From assembly GCA_964036045.1 (NCBI GenBank), contig OZ038379.1, forward strand, positions 22,692,001 to 22,756,000: a DNA stretch of 64,000 bases, given 5' to 3'. Within the stretch, counting starts at the first letter, position 1. Each line of letters starts with the position of its first letter. The notes below the pieces were generated by a model. The model did not search any database. It was not told where the DNA came from and saw only the letters and a list, made by a program, of their open reading frames with translations. Positions 23,906 to 38,425 of this stretch are shown here, one piece after another. This DNA is from Eutreptiella sp. 'Long Island Sound 2002' (Eukaryota; Protista; Euglenida). The translations under genes and the position numbers were made by a program.

Positions 23906-25737
23906 GGGCTAGTGATGGGTCAGGGAATCCAGGTGGGACCGTGGGAAGGCAGAAAGGTATGAGGTATGCAGGTGACCGCGACCCCGATAGGGTCAAGATG
24001 GCAAATCGGGGCAAAGGGGAGTGCCAAGGGATTTAGGGAGGGGGATGGAGGGTAGGGTTCCAGGGAAGAGTAGAGAAGAGAACAGAAGAAAGCGTTACCT
24101 GGAGGAATGCGTGGCAACCTGAGACCATGAAGTGAAGGTTGGTTTGACTATCCTCGTTTGTTGGCCTGTGTACAGTCTGTCTGGTGGGGGCTTTGACAGG
24201 GGCGGAGTAGTTCTTCATGCTCATACCGTATTTGACATCCCAACAAAACCGTCACCATTGTGAGTGTACAGCGGGAGCAGTAAAAGAAACTGTGTCAAGT
24301 CCTTTGTAAAGGGTCACTTTTTTTCCGGTGCCTTTGGTGCCAAGTTCGGTTCAGACCGCACCAACACTTTCGGTCCGATGGAGTTTCCGGGCCTTGTGGA
24401 GCAGGTCCCTTGTGGTGCTGCCTTGGGCGTTTTCCACCTTCCCAAAGACATGGGGCACGTGGTTGCGCCCGTTGTGTTCGAATCCAGCGGACGGGTGTGC
24501 GAACATCGGTGGTGGCCGCGCGCACGCAAATGGTGCCATTTTGGAAGGGAGTGTGTACCTGCAAACAGAGCGCACGGTGCACACCATAGAGCAGGTGGCC
24601 CTTGCCCCACGAAAGAGCACACGGTGCACAAGAAGGAAACCAGAAGGGACGACCCCAGAGCAGATGATGCGGTTGTGTACTGCACTGGGCCCTGTGCAGT
24701 GGACAAATGGTGGTGTCCAGTCCTTTTAGGGTGTGACAAAATCGACCCCGAACAGCCCGGAATGGTCTCTACGTGACCCCAATCCAGCCCCCAAAACGGG
24801 TAACAACGGCGCAACAACGACGAAGACCGGCCCGACAGCGAGTGTCACGGAGGATCGACGTCAAACCCCACAGTTCATAAAACAGAGAAGACCAGTGCAA
24901 AAAAAAAAAGGAGCGGATCAGCAGCTGTGGACGCAACACCATGTGTGTCATATGGCACACCTGAGAGGGTTGAAGATCCACACTCACACACGCACGCGTG
25001 CACGCACACGGACACAGAAGTATCACAGGTCTCATGGGGGAAACCACCTGCCACCACCCCCTTCGAGGAGGAGTACGCACTCCGTTCCAGGGCAGGTCAA
25101 GGACTCCTTTCCCATGGGCGGAGGGGTGCAAAGGACCCTCTGAAAGTCAGGTCACGCAAAGCGCCTCCTGTACGCAGTGGGTGGCCTGAGCCCAGCCTTG
25201 AAGTGTGCAAATGCGCACGCGTGCACGGGCACGGTGGGCGTCGGTGCAAGAATCGCCAGTTCATGCCCCCACCCCCTCCTTCCTGTGCTTCGCATCTCTC
25301 TGGGAGGTTGAGGGGCAGGGGGCTGGTGTGTGTGCCCCCCATCACTAGTGTGACGAAGTGATTGTCACTTTGGCTGTGGTGGGATTGCTCAGGGACAGTC
25401 CTCTTACCTGCATCCTAATAGAGTACAGGGGATATGTACATATTACCTCCACCCACATCTACTCCCATCCACTCCCACACACACACAACATACACACACA
25501 ATGACAACCGTGAGATTGCAAACAAAGCAGAAAACCAAACTCCTCAGCAGCTGCAGGGCAGCTCTAGACGTTGTTCGTTCTGTGGTAGAGTTGAGAGGGC
25601 CCGTCGCACTTCCTCCGAAGTGCTGAGAAGTACAAACAGTAAGATCCTGCACAGCCTGCCCAACCCATGAACAAAGCGCGGATCATCCTTATGGGAGCCG
25701 TGTATGCCATCGTTTGCTGGGTGCACCCCCCCCCCTA

Positions 25738-25756
25738 CACACAAACACACACACCC

Positions 25757-25788
<32 letters not shown>

Positions 25789-25927
25789 GCACCCACACAC
25801 ACACACACACACACCCACACCCACACACACACACGCACACACACACACACACACACCCACACCCACCCACACACACGCACACACATACACACACACACCC
25901 ACACCCACCCACACATACACACACACC

Positions 25928-25990
<63 letters not shown>
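25738..25990. repeat. (CA)n microsatellite, left flank of LINE C
   Basis: Read directly, with CCCA/CGCA variants. Confidence 0.97.
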
Positions 25991-25992
<2 letters not shown>

Positions 25993-26013
25993 GTTGTTGT
26001 TGTTGTTGTTGTT

Positions 26014-29246
<3,233 letters not shown>

Positions 29247-29488
29247 TGAGAACCGCAAAAACAAGAACAGAGCAAGAAAAGCTGTGGAAGAAAACTCCTC
29301 AGGGACAGCAGAGCTGCCCTAGACGTCTTTCGGTCTGTCAGAAAACGCGGCAATGTGCTGCACTGCATATCATCAGTTCAGATCCAGCTCCCTGACCTGC
29401 CCTGAGAATCGTGCAGCGTTAATGACAGACCACAAGATTCACCTACGCGCGCACACACACCCACACACACACACACACACACACATAC

Positions 29489-29544
<56 letters not shown>

Positions 29545-29582
29545 ACCCACACCCACCCACACACACGAACACACACACACAT

Positions 29583-29621
<39 letters not shown>

Positions 29622-30010
29622 CACACACACACACACACACACACATGGGATATGCATGTCCAACAGGCAGGGGGCAAAATCAGCCTGTCACTGGGCACCT
29701 TTCTGTGGTACAGAGCAACCTGCACCGGTCCAGGTGGCAGGACCAGGTAGGCAACAGCGGGGAAAATGCTCGGTACAGACACACGTATGTACACACAGTC
29801 ACTGCCGGCAGCCAGCCAAACCGACAAGACACAGCACACAAGCAGCGAGCGGTGCTCCGGGCCTAGCAATCAAGTGTAACGTCTTATTGACATTGCTGAC
29901 ATCCCTGAGAAGCAAGCCGCTGCATCAAGGGTTTAGTCGCTCATACTACGCATATGGGTTTGTTGAAGGTACGTGGTCTGTGGTCTCAACTGAAACGCAC
30001 CGTAACCGTT

Positions 30011-30062
<52 letters not shown>

Positions 30063-31089
30063 GCACGCACACACACACACACGAACAACACATGCACAAT
30101 TGTGGTCATGAGTATGCATTTCTTTGTCAGGTTAGGTCAGGTCATGGTCCCGTCGGACAATCAAAACAAAGCGTGTGGCGATGAGGCGCCTTCCTGTAGT
30201 GTGGGGACGTGCACAGGTTGCCTGTGCATGTCCACGAGGGTGTTATCTGCTGCAACCCGTGGCAGATTGCACCACAAGCCTGCACAGGCGAACAGGGTAC
30301 GGTCCCGAACCAGCACAGTCCCCATCTTGCATCCCAGGCCTCCTTGAGCATTCGTGGCGACTGGCAATGACAGCGGGGTAACATGCCGGCGCACTGCACA
30401 TCCCAGGGTAGTTAGTCCCTAGGGGGTGTGAAAGGCTAAAATGCTGGTATCCATCGAATCTTTCTCGACGGTTGGAGGGTAACCGACGGCATTTTGACGT
30501 AATTAGAGCGCTCTCTGGAGGCGGTCATTAATGGAAAAAATTAAAGATGTGGGCGTCCTTAAGGAACGCCGTGACATGCACGTACACACGCAAACGGGGC
30601 AGGCGGGGCAGAAGGATGTGCAGCCGCATCCGCGCGATGCTTGTTGGAGGCCAAGGAACGCCTGCCATGCGCCCTCTCCGATGGTGCAAGGGACGACCTC
30701 ACATCCCACGCGAATTCCACAGAAACCGGCCAATCCCACGCAATCGCGCACTCCTGTGCTGCACATGTAGGCCCCCGTGAGTGAGCCACTCCCTTCAGGA
30801 GCCCAGCGACCCCGTCACTTACGGCCGCTCAGGTCCAGGGGCCGCCGAAGACCCTGGATTTGTGTGGGAAATTTCGCGGCAAATTTGAAGTGCGAAATTT
30901 CCCACATGAAGTTGACTACCCCCAAAATCCCCCTTCCCCCCCCCACCGTATTTCTGAGGGCTCTGGGGAGGGGGCGGACCAGTTCTGCTGCAACACACCC
31001 TGATACACGAGTGTCAGATAAAACGATCGGTGGGGGGGGGGTGTGACCTAATTAAAAAACAGACAATCGGTGGGGGGGGGGGGACTGAA

Positions 31090-32463
31090 TCACGCTCTGG
31101 ACACCCCGTTCTCGGCATGTCCGGTACGTGCACCAGCTGTGGGGCTGTGGACCAGGGCCGTGGTGGAGGAGGAGGCAACGTCGGAGGATTCAAAGGGGAG
31201 GAACAACAGCGACGAATTGCTGGACGGGGGAACCGGTGAGGCGTGCGACCCCGCCTTGGGGGACCCCGCCTTGGACCCCGCCTTGGTCCAGGTGTTGGTT
31301 TTCGTGCGGTTGGGCATGTGGACGTTGTGGATGTTTGAGAGGCTCTTCCGGATCTTCGGCGACCGCACGTGGGCCTTGTCGGGACCGCCGAAAGGAATGG
31401 GCGTGTTCGGCAGGTCCGCAGCATCGGGCACCACTGGGGCCAGCGCAGCGCGGCGGGCTGCGGTGGTCTTCAGCCCCGCGTGGGGGCTGTCGTCCCCGAA
31501 GCCCCCCCCCACGGCATTGTGCGACCCCTGCAGAGAGTCGAAGAGCTCGCAAATGCCCTCGGGGAGCTTGGCCTGGAAGTCCGTCAGGTCGGTGGTGGCG
31601 CACCGCTGCAGCTTCTTGGGGCTGCCGGGGGCCTCAGCCACGAAGTAGGTCTGGAGCTTGCCCTTGCCCTTCACGTCCACAAGGCCCCTCGGCGTGAACG
31701 GCACGTCGTCCTTCAGCAGACTGTAGAGCTCGGAGCTGACGTGGGTCTTCCCGGGCTGCCCCGTGGTCTCCATGCGGGAGGCCACGTTGACGGTGTCCCC
31801 CCAGATGTCGTAGCAGAACTTGGTCTTCCCGATGATGCCCCCCACGACTGGGCCGCAGTGGAGCCCCACGCGCATCTGCAGCTCGTTGTCGTCCAGCGGG
31901 CACTGGGCGCAGATCGCGTGCATGTCTGTGGCGAAGCTGACGCAGCTCTTGGCGGTCTCCTTGTGGGAGAAGTGGTTGGCCGGCCACCCCACGCACATGT
32001 AGCAGTCCCCGATGGTCTTGATCTTCTCGACGCAGTGGTGGAGGCACATCTCGTCGAACTGCCCGAACAGGGAGTCCAGGTACTGCACCAGCTTGACCGG
32101 CCCCGTGGAGGAGGCCAGGGCGGTGAACTCCACGAGGTCCCCGAACATGATCACGGCGAAGGGGTGCTTGCGGCCCGCGAAAGCCGAGAAGTAGTCCCCG
32201 AAGACGGACCCTGAGCGGGACGCGTTCATCCGGGACTGGCTGTCCTCCTCGGAGGTCATGTTGCAGGTGTCGCGGTCCGTGTCTTGCCGGTTTTTGAGGC
32301 TGCGGCTGCTGCTGCAGTTGCTAACCGCCCTCGAGAATTGGAAATCGTCGAGGCGCGTGGGTTGGTCCGCAATCGACTGGAAGAACTCGAAGAGCGCGCC
32401 AGCGATGGCCTCGGGGAAGGAATGGTTGACCAGCTCGTAGGCCAGCTTGCGCTCAATGCCCAG
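31090..32463 (-). CDS. Class III adenylate cyclase, 3' exon (helical linker, catalytic domain, low-complexity C-tail)
   Basis: Acceptor ctgcAG|CTG at 32464/32463 (phase 0). LGIERKLAYELVNHSFPEAIA linker. Catalytic motifs MFGDLVEF, EKIKTIGDCYM, MRVGLHCGPVVGGIIG, YDIWGDTVNVASRMET. Both metal Asp, the Lys/Asp ATP-specifying pair and the Asn/Arg pair are present. Strong GC3 bias; TGA at 31092-31090. Confidence 0.93.
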   Translation of the reverse strand: MGIERKLAYELVNHSFPEAIAGALFEFFQSIADQPTRLDDFQFSRAVSNCSSSRSLKNRQDTDRDTCNMTSEEDSQSRMNASRSGSVFGDYFSAFAGRKHPFAVIMFGDLVEFTALASSTGPVKLVQYLDSLFGQFDEMCLHHCVEKIKTIGDCYMCVGWPANHFSHKETAKSCVSFATDMHAICAQCPLDDNELQMRVGLHCGPVVGGIIGKTKFCYDIWGDTVNVASRMETTGQPGKTHVSSELYSLLKDDVPFTPRGLVDVKGKGKLQTYFVAEAPGSPKKLQRCATTDLTDFQAKLPEGICELFDSLQGSHNAVGGGFGDDSPHAGLKTTAARRAALAPVVPDAADLPNTPIPFGGPDKAHVRSPKIRKSLSNIHNVHMPNRTKTNTWTKAGSKAGSPKAGSHASPVPPSSNSSLLFLPFESSDVASSSTTALVHSPTAGARTGHAENGVSRA

Positions 32464-33879
32464 CTGCAGACGGTCGCAGCGTGTGCACCCCATGCACACC
32501 GTCCACCGCACTCCACAATAGTCCGCCACACACCGGTACACCTACGCCTGCACACCTCTCTGTACCACACCACGCAACACGCCACACGCCACACGCCAAG
32601 CCACACCACCCGACCCGACCCCACCCCACCCCCAGGATGGGTCCTCCAGGAATCTACCCTCAGGCTGCCCCCAACAGAGGCTGCTACAGCACTACAGGTA
32701 TAAAGTGTAGGTGTCCTGGGGACAGGGCAGTGCCAAGCACGTCCTGAGGACCTCCAGCAACGCCCGCGCACCTGGGAGCATGGGAGCAAAGCCTAGAGGG
32801 CCACTACGAATGACCGGGGTTTGTCAAAGCGTGCCCTTGGCCAGCTTGCCCTTCCTGGCACCCAGCCCATGGCCTATAGAGGCGTAGTAGGGAGGCAACA
32901 CAACGCCCGCCGGCGGCTGGAGCTCGTAGGCTTCCCGACCCATTGTCCCCTGGTGGCCTCAGCGTTGGGCTCCGCTGCCCCACCGCTAAGGCCCGGAGCA
33001 CTGGGCACACAAAAACGCAGCAGCAAGCAATTGTGGAGCAAGCAGGTGCCCCCCCCCCCCCCCAGGCCAGACGGATGGACAAATAGGCACAGGGTGGTAT
33101 CTCCGCTGACTAGCTCTGGGGACTGTCAACAGTCCAGTGGGCCTTGAGACCGGACATTCGGGCGAGTCAAGTGGTGTCCGGCGTGTGGGTGCGGGTGCAA
33201 GTGCAGGGCGCGGGGTGGGGCGGCGTGGGGCTGGTGAGTGTGGGATGTGTTGGGTTGGGTTGGGACAGGGCCTCCCTCGTGCAGGAGCAGGGTCTCAGGC
33301 CTGGGCTTCCTTCCCTGCCCAGCCACAAAGCTGAACAACCTGACTGTCCGGTTCCAAGGCTGAGCGGACTATGGACAGCCTCCAGACCTCACCGGAGCGC
33401 TGGTGAGCCGGAGACACCATTGTCTTGTGTGCATGCATACACTCGGGGAAGGGGGGACCACCTGCACAGGGAACCATTGCCCTGCTCCCCTGGAGTATTA
33501 GCGACATGGTGGACCCAAGGCATGACAGGTCTCACGGGCAAGCCATGCTTGGCCCAAATGCAGGGCCCACACGCCTAAGCCCAGCTGGTGCACCATGTCT
33601 CATTCACCTGCATTCCTCACTTGCTTGCTAGGCTGTTGTTGTGTCATGCATGTGTGGGGCTTGTGGGAGGGCGGGAAGGTGGCGGGAAGGGTCCTTGCGC
33701 GTGGGGGCTAAGTGTGGTCTCGTGCTCTAGGCCCGGTGGGGAGGCTTGGGAGCCTAACGCTGAGCCAACCGAGGAGACGTGGGCCAGGGTATCACAACCT
33801 CCAAGTCAAAGGGACATGCTGCAGGGCAACCCCACGACTGCGATCGCACGGGGGCAGTGGGTCTTCTTCTGTACACTGC

Positions 33880-34100
33880 AGCACCGCAGCCCCCACCGCA
33901 GCCCCCACTGCCCACTGCCAACGGCGGTGTGGCAGTGAGCAGAAGGAGACACCACTGCCCACAGCCCACAGCAGTGGGACAGTGAAGAGACGGAGCCGCC
34001 ACTGAGCACTGCCCACAGCACGGCGGTGGTGCACAAAAGGAGACGCCACTGCCCACAGTGCGCAGCCCTGTGGTGGTGTACAGAGGGAGGCGCCACAGCC
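33880..34100. repeat. Degenerate ~55-60-bp tandem repeat
   Basis: Recurrent CGGCGGTG...GGAGACGCCACTGCCCACAG-like units. Confidence 0.55.
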
Positions 34101-34605
34101 CGCGACCGATGGCGCTCATCAAGGCCCGCGTAGGGCCAGGAGGCACCATGGCGTGGGGGGTGCAGACTCCCTCCACAGAGGAAAAGGGGAAGGCACAGCA
34201 CAGGTGCAGCCGCCAAGGGGGCCCAGAGCAGCCAGTCTGGTGCATGGGCCGCCGCCACAGTAAAACACAGGCCACCCCTCCCCCCAGCGGAATCGGCCCA
34301 CCACCCCCAGAAGACAGCCGACACCGAGTCACAAGGGGCCTGCATGGGACCCGCAGCCGCCTACCCACAGCAAGACAGTGGGCACCCATCAGGCAGGGCA
34401 TACAATTAGCTTTAGGGATAAGGATCAGGGCCCACCCGTTTTGCATTTTCCCATGTGCAAAACACCCCGGCCTTTGCCAGGCTGGCCACAGCGCCTTCGG
34501 CATTCCTTACCACACCACACCACACCACACCACACCACACCACACCACACCACACCACACCACACCACACCACACCACACCACACCACACCACACCACAC
34601 CACAC
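34058..34605 (+). mobile_element. 3' fragment of a diverged relative of LINE family B with (CACAC)n tail
   Basis: ALIKARVGPGGTMAWGVQ versus family B TLLKARLGPGSTMAWALQ; same terminal motif CAGCGCCTTCGGCA (34489-34502); tail about 34509-34605. Confidence 0.75.
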
Positions 34606-35023
34606 CGGAGTTCCTCCGCCACGTCGTGGAGGAGTCCATACGGGTCTGGTACGCCCACGCCAAGGCGCGTGCCACACTGCTGAAGGCCCGCCTGGGCCCG
34701 GGCAGCACGATGGCGTGGGCGTTGCAGGAGCTGCGCCTACACCAGCAAGCGGAACGGGAGGGAGTGCAGCGGGAGCTCCTGGAATAAGCGCGGTCGCCAA
34801 GGGCGAACCGACCAGGTCTTCCCGACTCCCCCTCTCTCCACCGAGGCCTACACACATACGCACGGCGCGCACACAACACACACAGCCCCGCCCGTTTACC
34901 TGTACCCGTGGGTAGACATCCCGGCCATTGCCTTCTGGTAACAGCGCCTTCGGCACACCACACCACACCACACCACACCACACCACACCACACCACACCA
35001 CACCACACCACACCACACCACAC
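34606..35023 (+). mobile_element. 5'-truncated LINE family B copy flanked on both sides by (CACAC)n
   Basis: 34606-34954 closely matches about 47693-48031 (EFLRHVVEESIR...QRELLE* plus 3' UTR); coding differences appear mostly synonymous; tail 34955-35023. Confidence 0.93.
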
Positions 35024-36670
35024 CCTGAGTACTCCCCAGCTCTACCCATGGGCTGGGTGCCGGGTGCGAAGCCCCGGACGACAGGGCCCGGGCACTGCCA
35101 ATAGGCGGTGTACTAACAGTGTCGGGTGCGCGCACGTCCCAGTGCCAAGCACCATCCCCAGGGACCCCGCGGCCCCTAGTACCGGCCGCCTTGGCCCTGG
35201 GAACGGTCAGCGACCCCCCGTAGAGGACGGCTGACCTAGCCTCCCCCTCCTCTCTTCCCCTACGCGCCCGCCCACGCACCGGGCCCAAACCGAAGCCTAG
35301 ACACGCGCCCCTCCTGGCGCTCCTGCCCCAGCCCCCCCCACGGCCGCCCCTCCGCATGCCCCGTCGGCCCCTCCCCCCTGTGCTGCCTCCTCTCCTCGCC
35401 CCCTGCTGCCTCACCCATCCCAAAACCCTCCCTGACCCTACTCCTCTTGCAGGCTGGCAGCGCCTGAGCGGCGCGCCCCCAGGGCCCCGCATCGGCGGCC
35501 GGCCGCGTGAGGGTATCAGCCACACCGAGGAGGCCCCTATACGGGGGCTTCAATGGCGCAGCAGGGTCAACAGGGGTATGATGGGTGTGTGAGTGGGTGT
35601 GAGTTTAAGAGAGACTACGGGACCCCCACGGGACGGCCTGCGCCGGGGCCAGTATTTTCCTGTTCTGGTTTTGTTTGTTCCTGTTCTTTCCTCCTTGTTA
35701 TTTGCGCAACTGCCTGTAGGGGTGCAAGCCTCATGCAGGAGCCTCCGGGCCTGTTGGCGCCTTCCCTTCGGGTTTTTTCTTCTTTTGTTGTAGGCTGAGT
35801 GAGCAGAGCGGCACCGCAGTGCCTGAAAGGCCCGTGGCCCGGACATGCGCGGGGGGCCTCAACAACGACCCCCCGCCCTGCAATATCCGCCTTCGGAAGA
35901 CTGCCTGTGAACAGCAGGCGGAACAGTGCCGGAAGGGCAGTGTGGCCCCGCTAGTGATGGCGGTTCGAAGCCACGCTGCCCCTGTATGCTCGTGGCCCGA
36001 CGGCCGGTGGTTTGACACGGGGACAGGTGGTTAAAGTACTGAAGGAAATTGATTGCCCGATGACCAATGTGGAAGAAACAGTCCCTGTCCCCGTCCGGCT
36101 GGACGCCCCGGTATCGGTATCCAACATCCTTTGAGGTACGGTATAAGGCCCCCCGGCCACCACCCCGGCGCCAACACCAGGGAGGGCGTCCGGGAGGGGT
36201 AACAGCCCCCGATCCCCCAAAGGCAGCCCCAAAGGTGTGCGCACCACTGGAGGGGCATGTCTGCGGGGTAAACCAAAGCGCTGAGTAAAACCCTAATGTA
36301 ATGATTAGTGCCTACTGCCGTAAATAATGCTTAAACGGGTAACATGGCCCGCGCCCGGTGCCAGTTTTAGTGCGCAGCCCCAAGAGCCGGACCCGACCGG
36401 CCGTACTGAGGCGAGCCCGGCAATGGGTATGGCAGGCCGGACTTTAAGTGCTGGTAGCCACGCCTCAGTACACTCCGTGGGCTAATAAGGCCCACGGGGG
36501 GGCCAAACACCGTTACGTTCGGGAGTTAAGCCCCGGCGGTGTTTGGGTTTGTTCCTGGTTAAGAGGACTCACGTTGAGTCCCAGATACTGTTACCCCGGG
36601 GTTATGACTCCCGGTACTGCCTGCTTACTTGCCTGCTGCCGCTAAGAGGTAGGAGGGAATACCCACGGGT

Positions 36671-37962
36671 CCTGCAAGAGGCTCCGAACACCCCGTGAAG
36701 GGGACTCCCTATCCCCCCCAGGCCGGTGCGCCCGGTTCTCAGCAGAAGATGGCCCCCCATTGGCCTGGCAGGAGGCTCCGAACACCCCCTGGGCAGGACT
36801 CCCCGTCCCCCCCGGGCCGGTGCGCCCGGTTCTCTGAAGAAGATGGCCCCCCATTGGCCTGGCAGGAGGCTCCGAACACCCCCTGGGCAGGACTCCCCGT
36901 CCCCCCCGGGCCGGTGCGCCCGGTTCTCTGAAGAAGATGGCCCCCCATTGGCCTGGCAAGAGGCTCCGAACACCCCCTGGGCAGGACTCCCCGTCCCCCC
37001 CGGGCCGGTGCGCCCGGTTCTCTAAAGAAGATGGCCCCCCATTGGCCTGGCAGGAGGCTCCGAACACCCCCTGGGCAGGACTCCCCGTCCCCCCCGGGCC
37101 GGTGCGCCCGGTTCTCTGAAGAAGATGGCCCCCCATTGGCCTGGCAAGAGGCTCCGAACACCCCCTGGGCAGGACTCCCCGTCCCCCCCGGGCCGGTGCG
37201 CCCGGTTCTCTGAAGAAGATGGCCCCCCATTGGCCTGGCAGGAGGCTCCGAACACCCCCTGGGCAGGACTCCCCGTCCCCCCCGGGCCGGTGCGCCCGGT
37301 TCTCTGAAGAAGATGGCCCCCCATTGGCCTGGCAGGAGGCTCCGAACACCCCCTGGGCAGGACTCCCCGTCCCCCCCGGGCCGGTGCGCCCGGTTCTCTG
37401 AAGAAGATGGCCCCCCATTGGCCTGGCAGGAGGCTCCGAACACCCCCTGGGCAGGACTCCCCGTCCCCCCCAGGCCGGTGCGCCCGGTTCTCTGAAGAAG
37501 ATGGCCCCCCATTGGCCTGGCAGGAGGCTCCGAACACCCCCTGGGCAGGACTCCCCGTCCCCCCCGGGCCGGTGCGCCCGGTTCTCTGAAGAAGATGGCC
37601 CCCCATTGGCCTGGCAGGAGGCTCCGAACACCCCCTGGGCAGGACTCCCCGTCCCCCCCGGGCCGGTGCGCCCGGTTCTCTAAAGAAGATGGCCCCCCAT
37701 TGGCCTGGCAGGAGGCTCCGAACACCCCCTGGGCAGGACTCCCCGTCCCCCCCAGGCCGGTGCGCCCGGTTCTCTGAGGAAGGTGGCCCCCCATTGGCCT
37801 GGCAGGAGGCTTCGAACACCCCCTGGGCAGGACTCCCCGTCCCCCCCGGGCCGGTGCGCCCGGTTCTCTGACAACGGCGGCCTCCCATAGGCCTGGCGGG
37901 AGGCTCCGAACACCCCCTGGGCAGGACTCCCCGTCCCCCCCAGCCAGGTGCGCCCGGCCTCA
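36671..37962 (+). repeat. 94-bp tandem repeat, ~14 near-identical copies plus ~2 degenerate copies to ~38150, in the putative 5' UTR of LINE B
   Basis: Identical short ORFs start every 94 bp (36937, 37031, 37125 ... 37689); unit CCTGGCAGGAGGCTCCGAACACCCCCTGGGCAGGACTCCCCG...AAGATGGCCCCCCATTGG. Confidence 0.97.
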
Positions 37963-38425
37963 GGGGAAACAATGGCTCCCCACGAGCCTAGCGGAGGGCT
38001 CTAACCACCCCTTGGGCTGGACTCCCCGCCCCCCCAGGCTGGTCTGTAGAGGGTGACAGCCCCCCCACGGGCCTGGCAGGATGCCCCGAACACCCCACTG
38101 GGCTGAGCACCCCCCTGCTCCCCCCGGCCGGGAGTGCCCGGTGGACGTGGAGGCGCAACCCCCCGGCAACAGATCTCCCCCCCCCCGGACCCAGGTGCCC
38201 CAGTGTGCGAGGCAGCAGCCAACGAGTAGCGCGCAGGGGCGCGTTTCCGGATAGATTCTAGTGTACGGGCCCGTAAGGCCGGCCGCCGTAGGCCACCAAC
38301 GCGCGAGCGAGAGCAGGTTCCGGCGCCTGAGCACTGGGCGACCCGGAGGAAGGGATACGCAGTGCCCATGCATGGGCTTCCGGCCTGCGACTCCCTGCTC
38401 TTGCTCTGCAGCCCAGTGACACAAC

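Noticed and set aside
31369-32214. Plus-strand 281-aa ORF opposite the cyclase, and the many antisense ORFs over LINEs A and B
   Set aside because: Shadow ORFs caused by high GC3 codon bias.
34412-35049. (VVWCG)n / (HHTTP)n proteins
   Set aside because: Translations of the (CACAC)n LINE tails.
35024-35150. HDV-like ribozyme at the putative 5' end (starts CCCTG like L1Tc; contains GCGAA and ACTAA)
   Set aside because: Could not build the nested P1/P2/P3 pseudoknot; only a simple hairpin GGCACTG/CAGTGTC is present.
36671-37962. CRISPR-like array
   Set aside because: Units are contiguous 94-bp near-identical monomers with no unique spacers, no cas genes and a eukaryotic context.
36602-37972. 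300-350 aa repetitive ORFs on the minus strand and 60-aa ORFs on the plus strand
   Set aside because: Produced by the stop-poor GC-rich tandem repeat; no sign of a protein domain.
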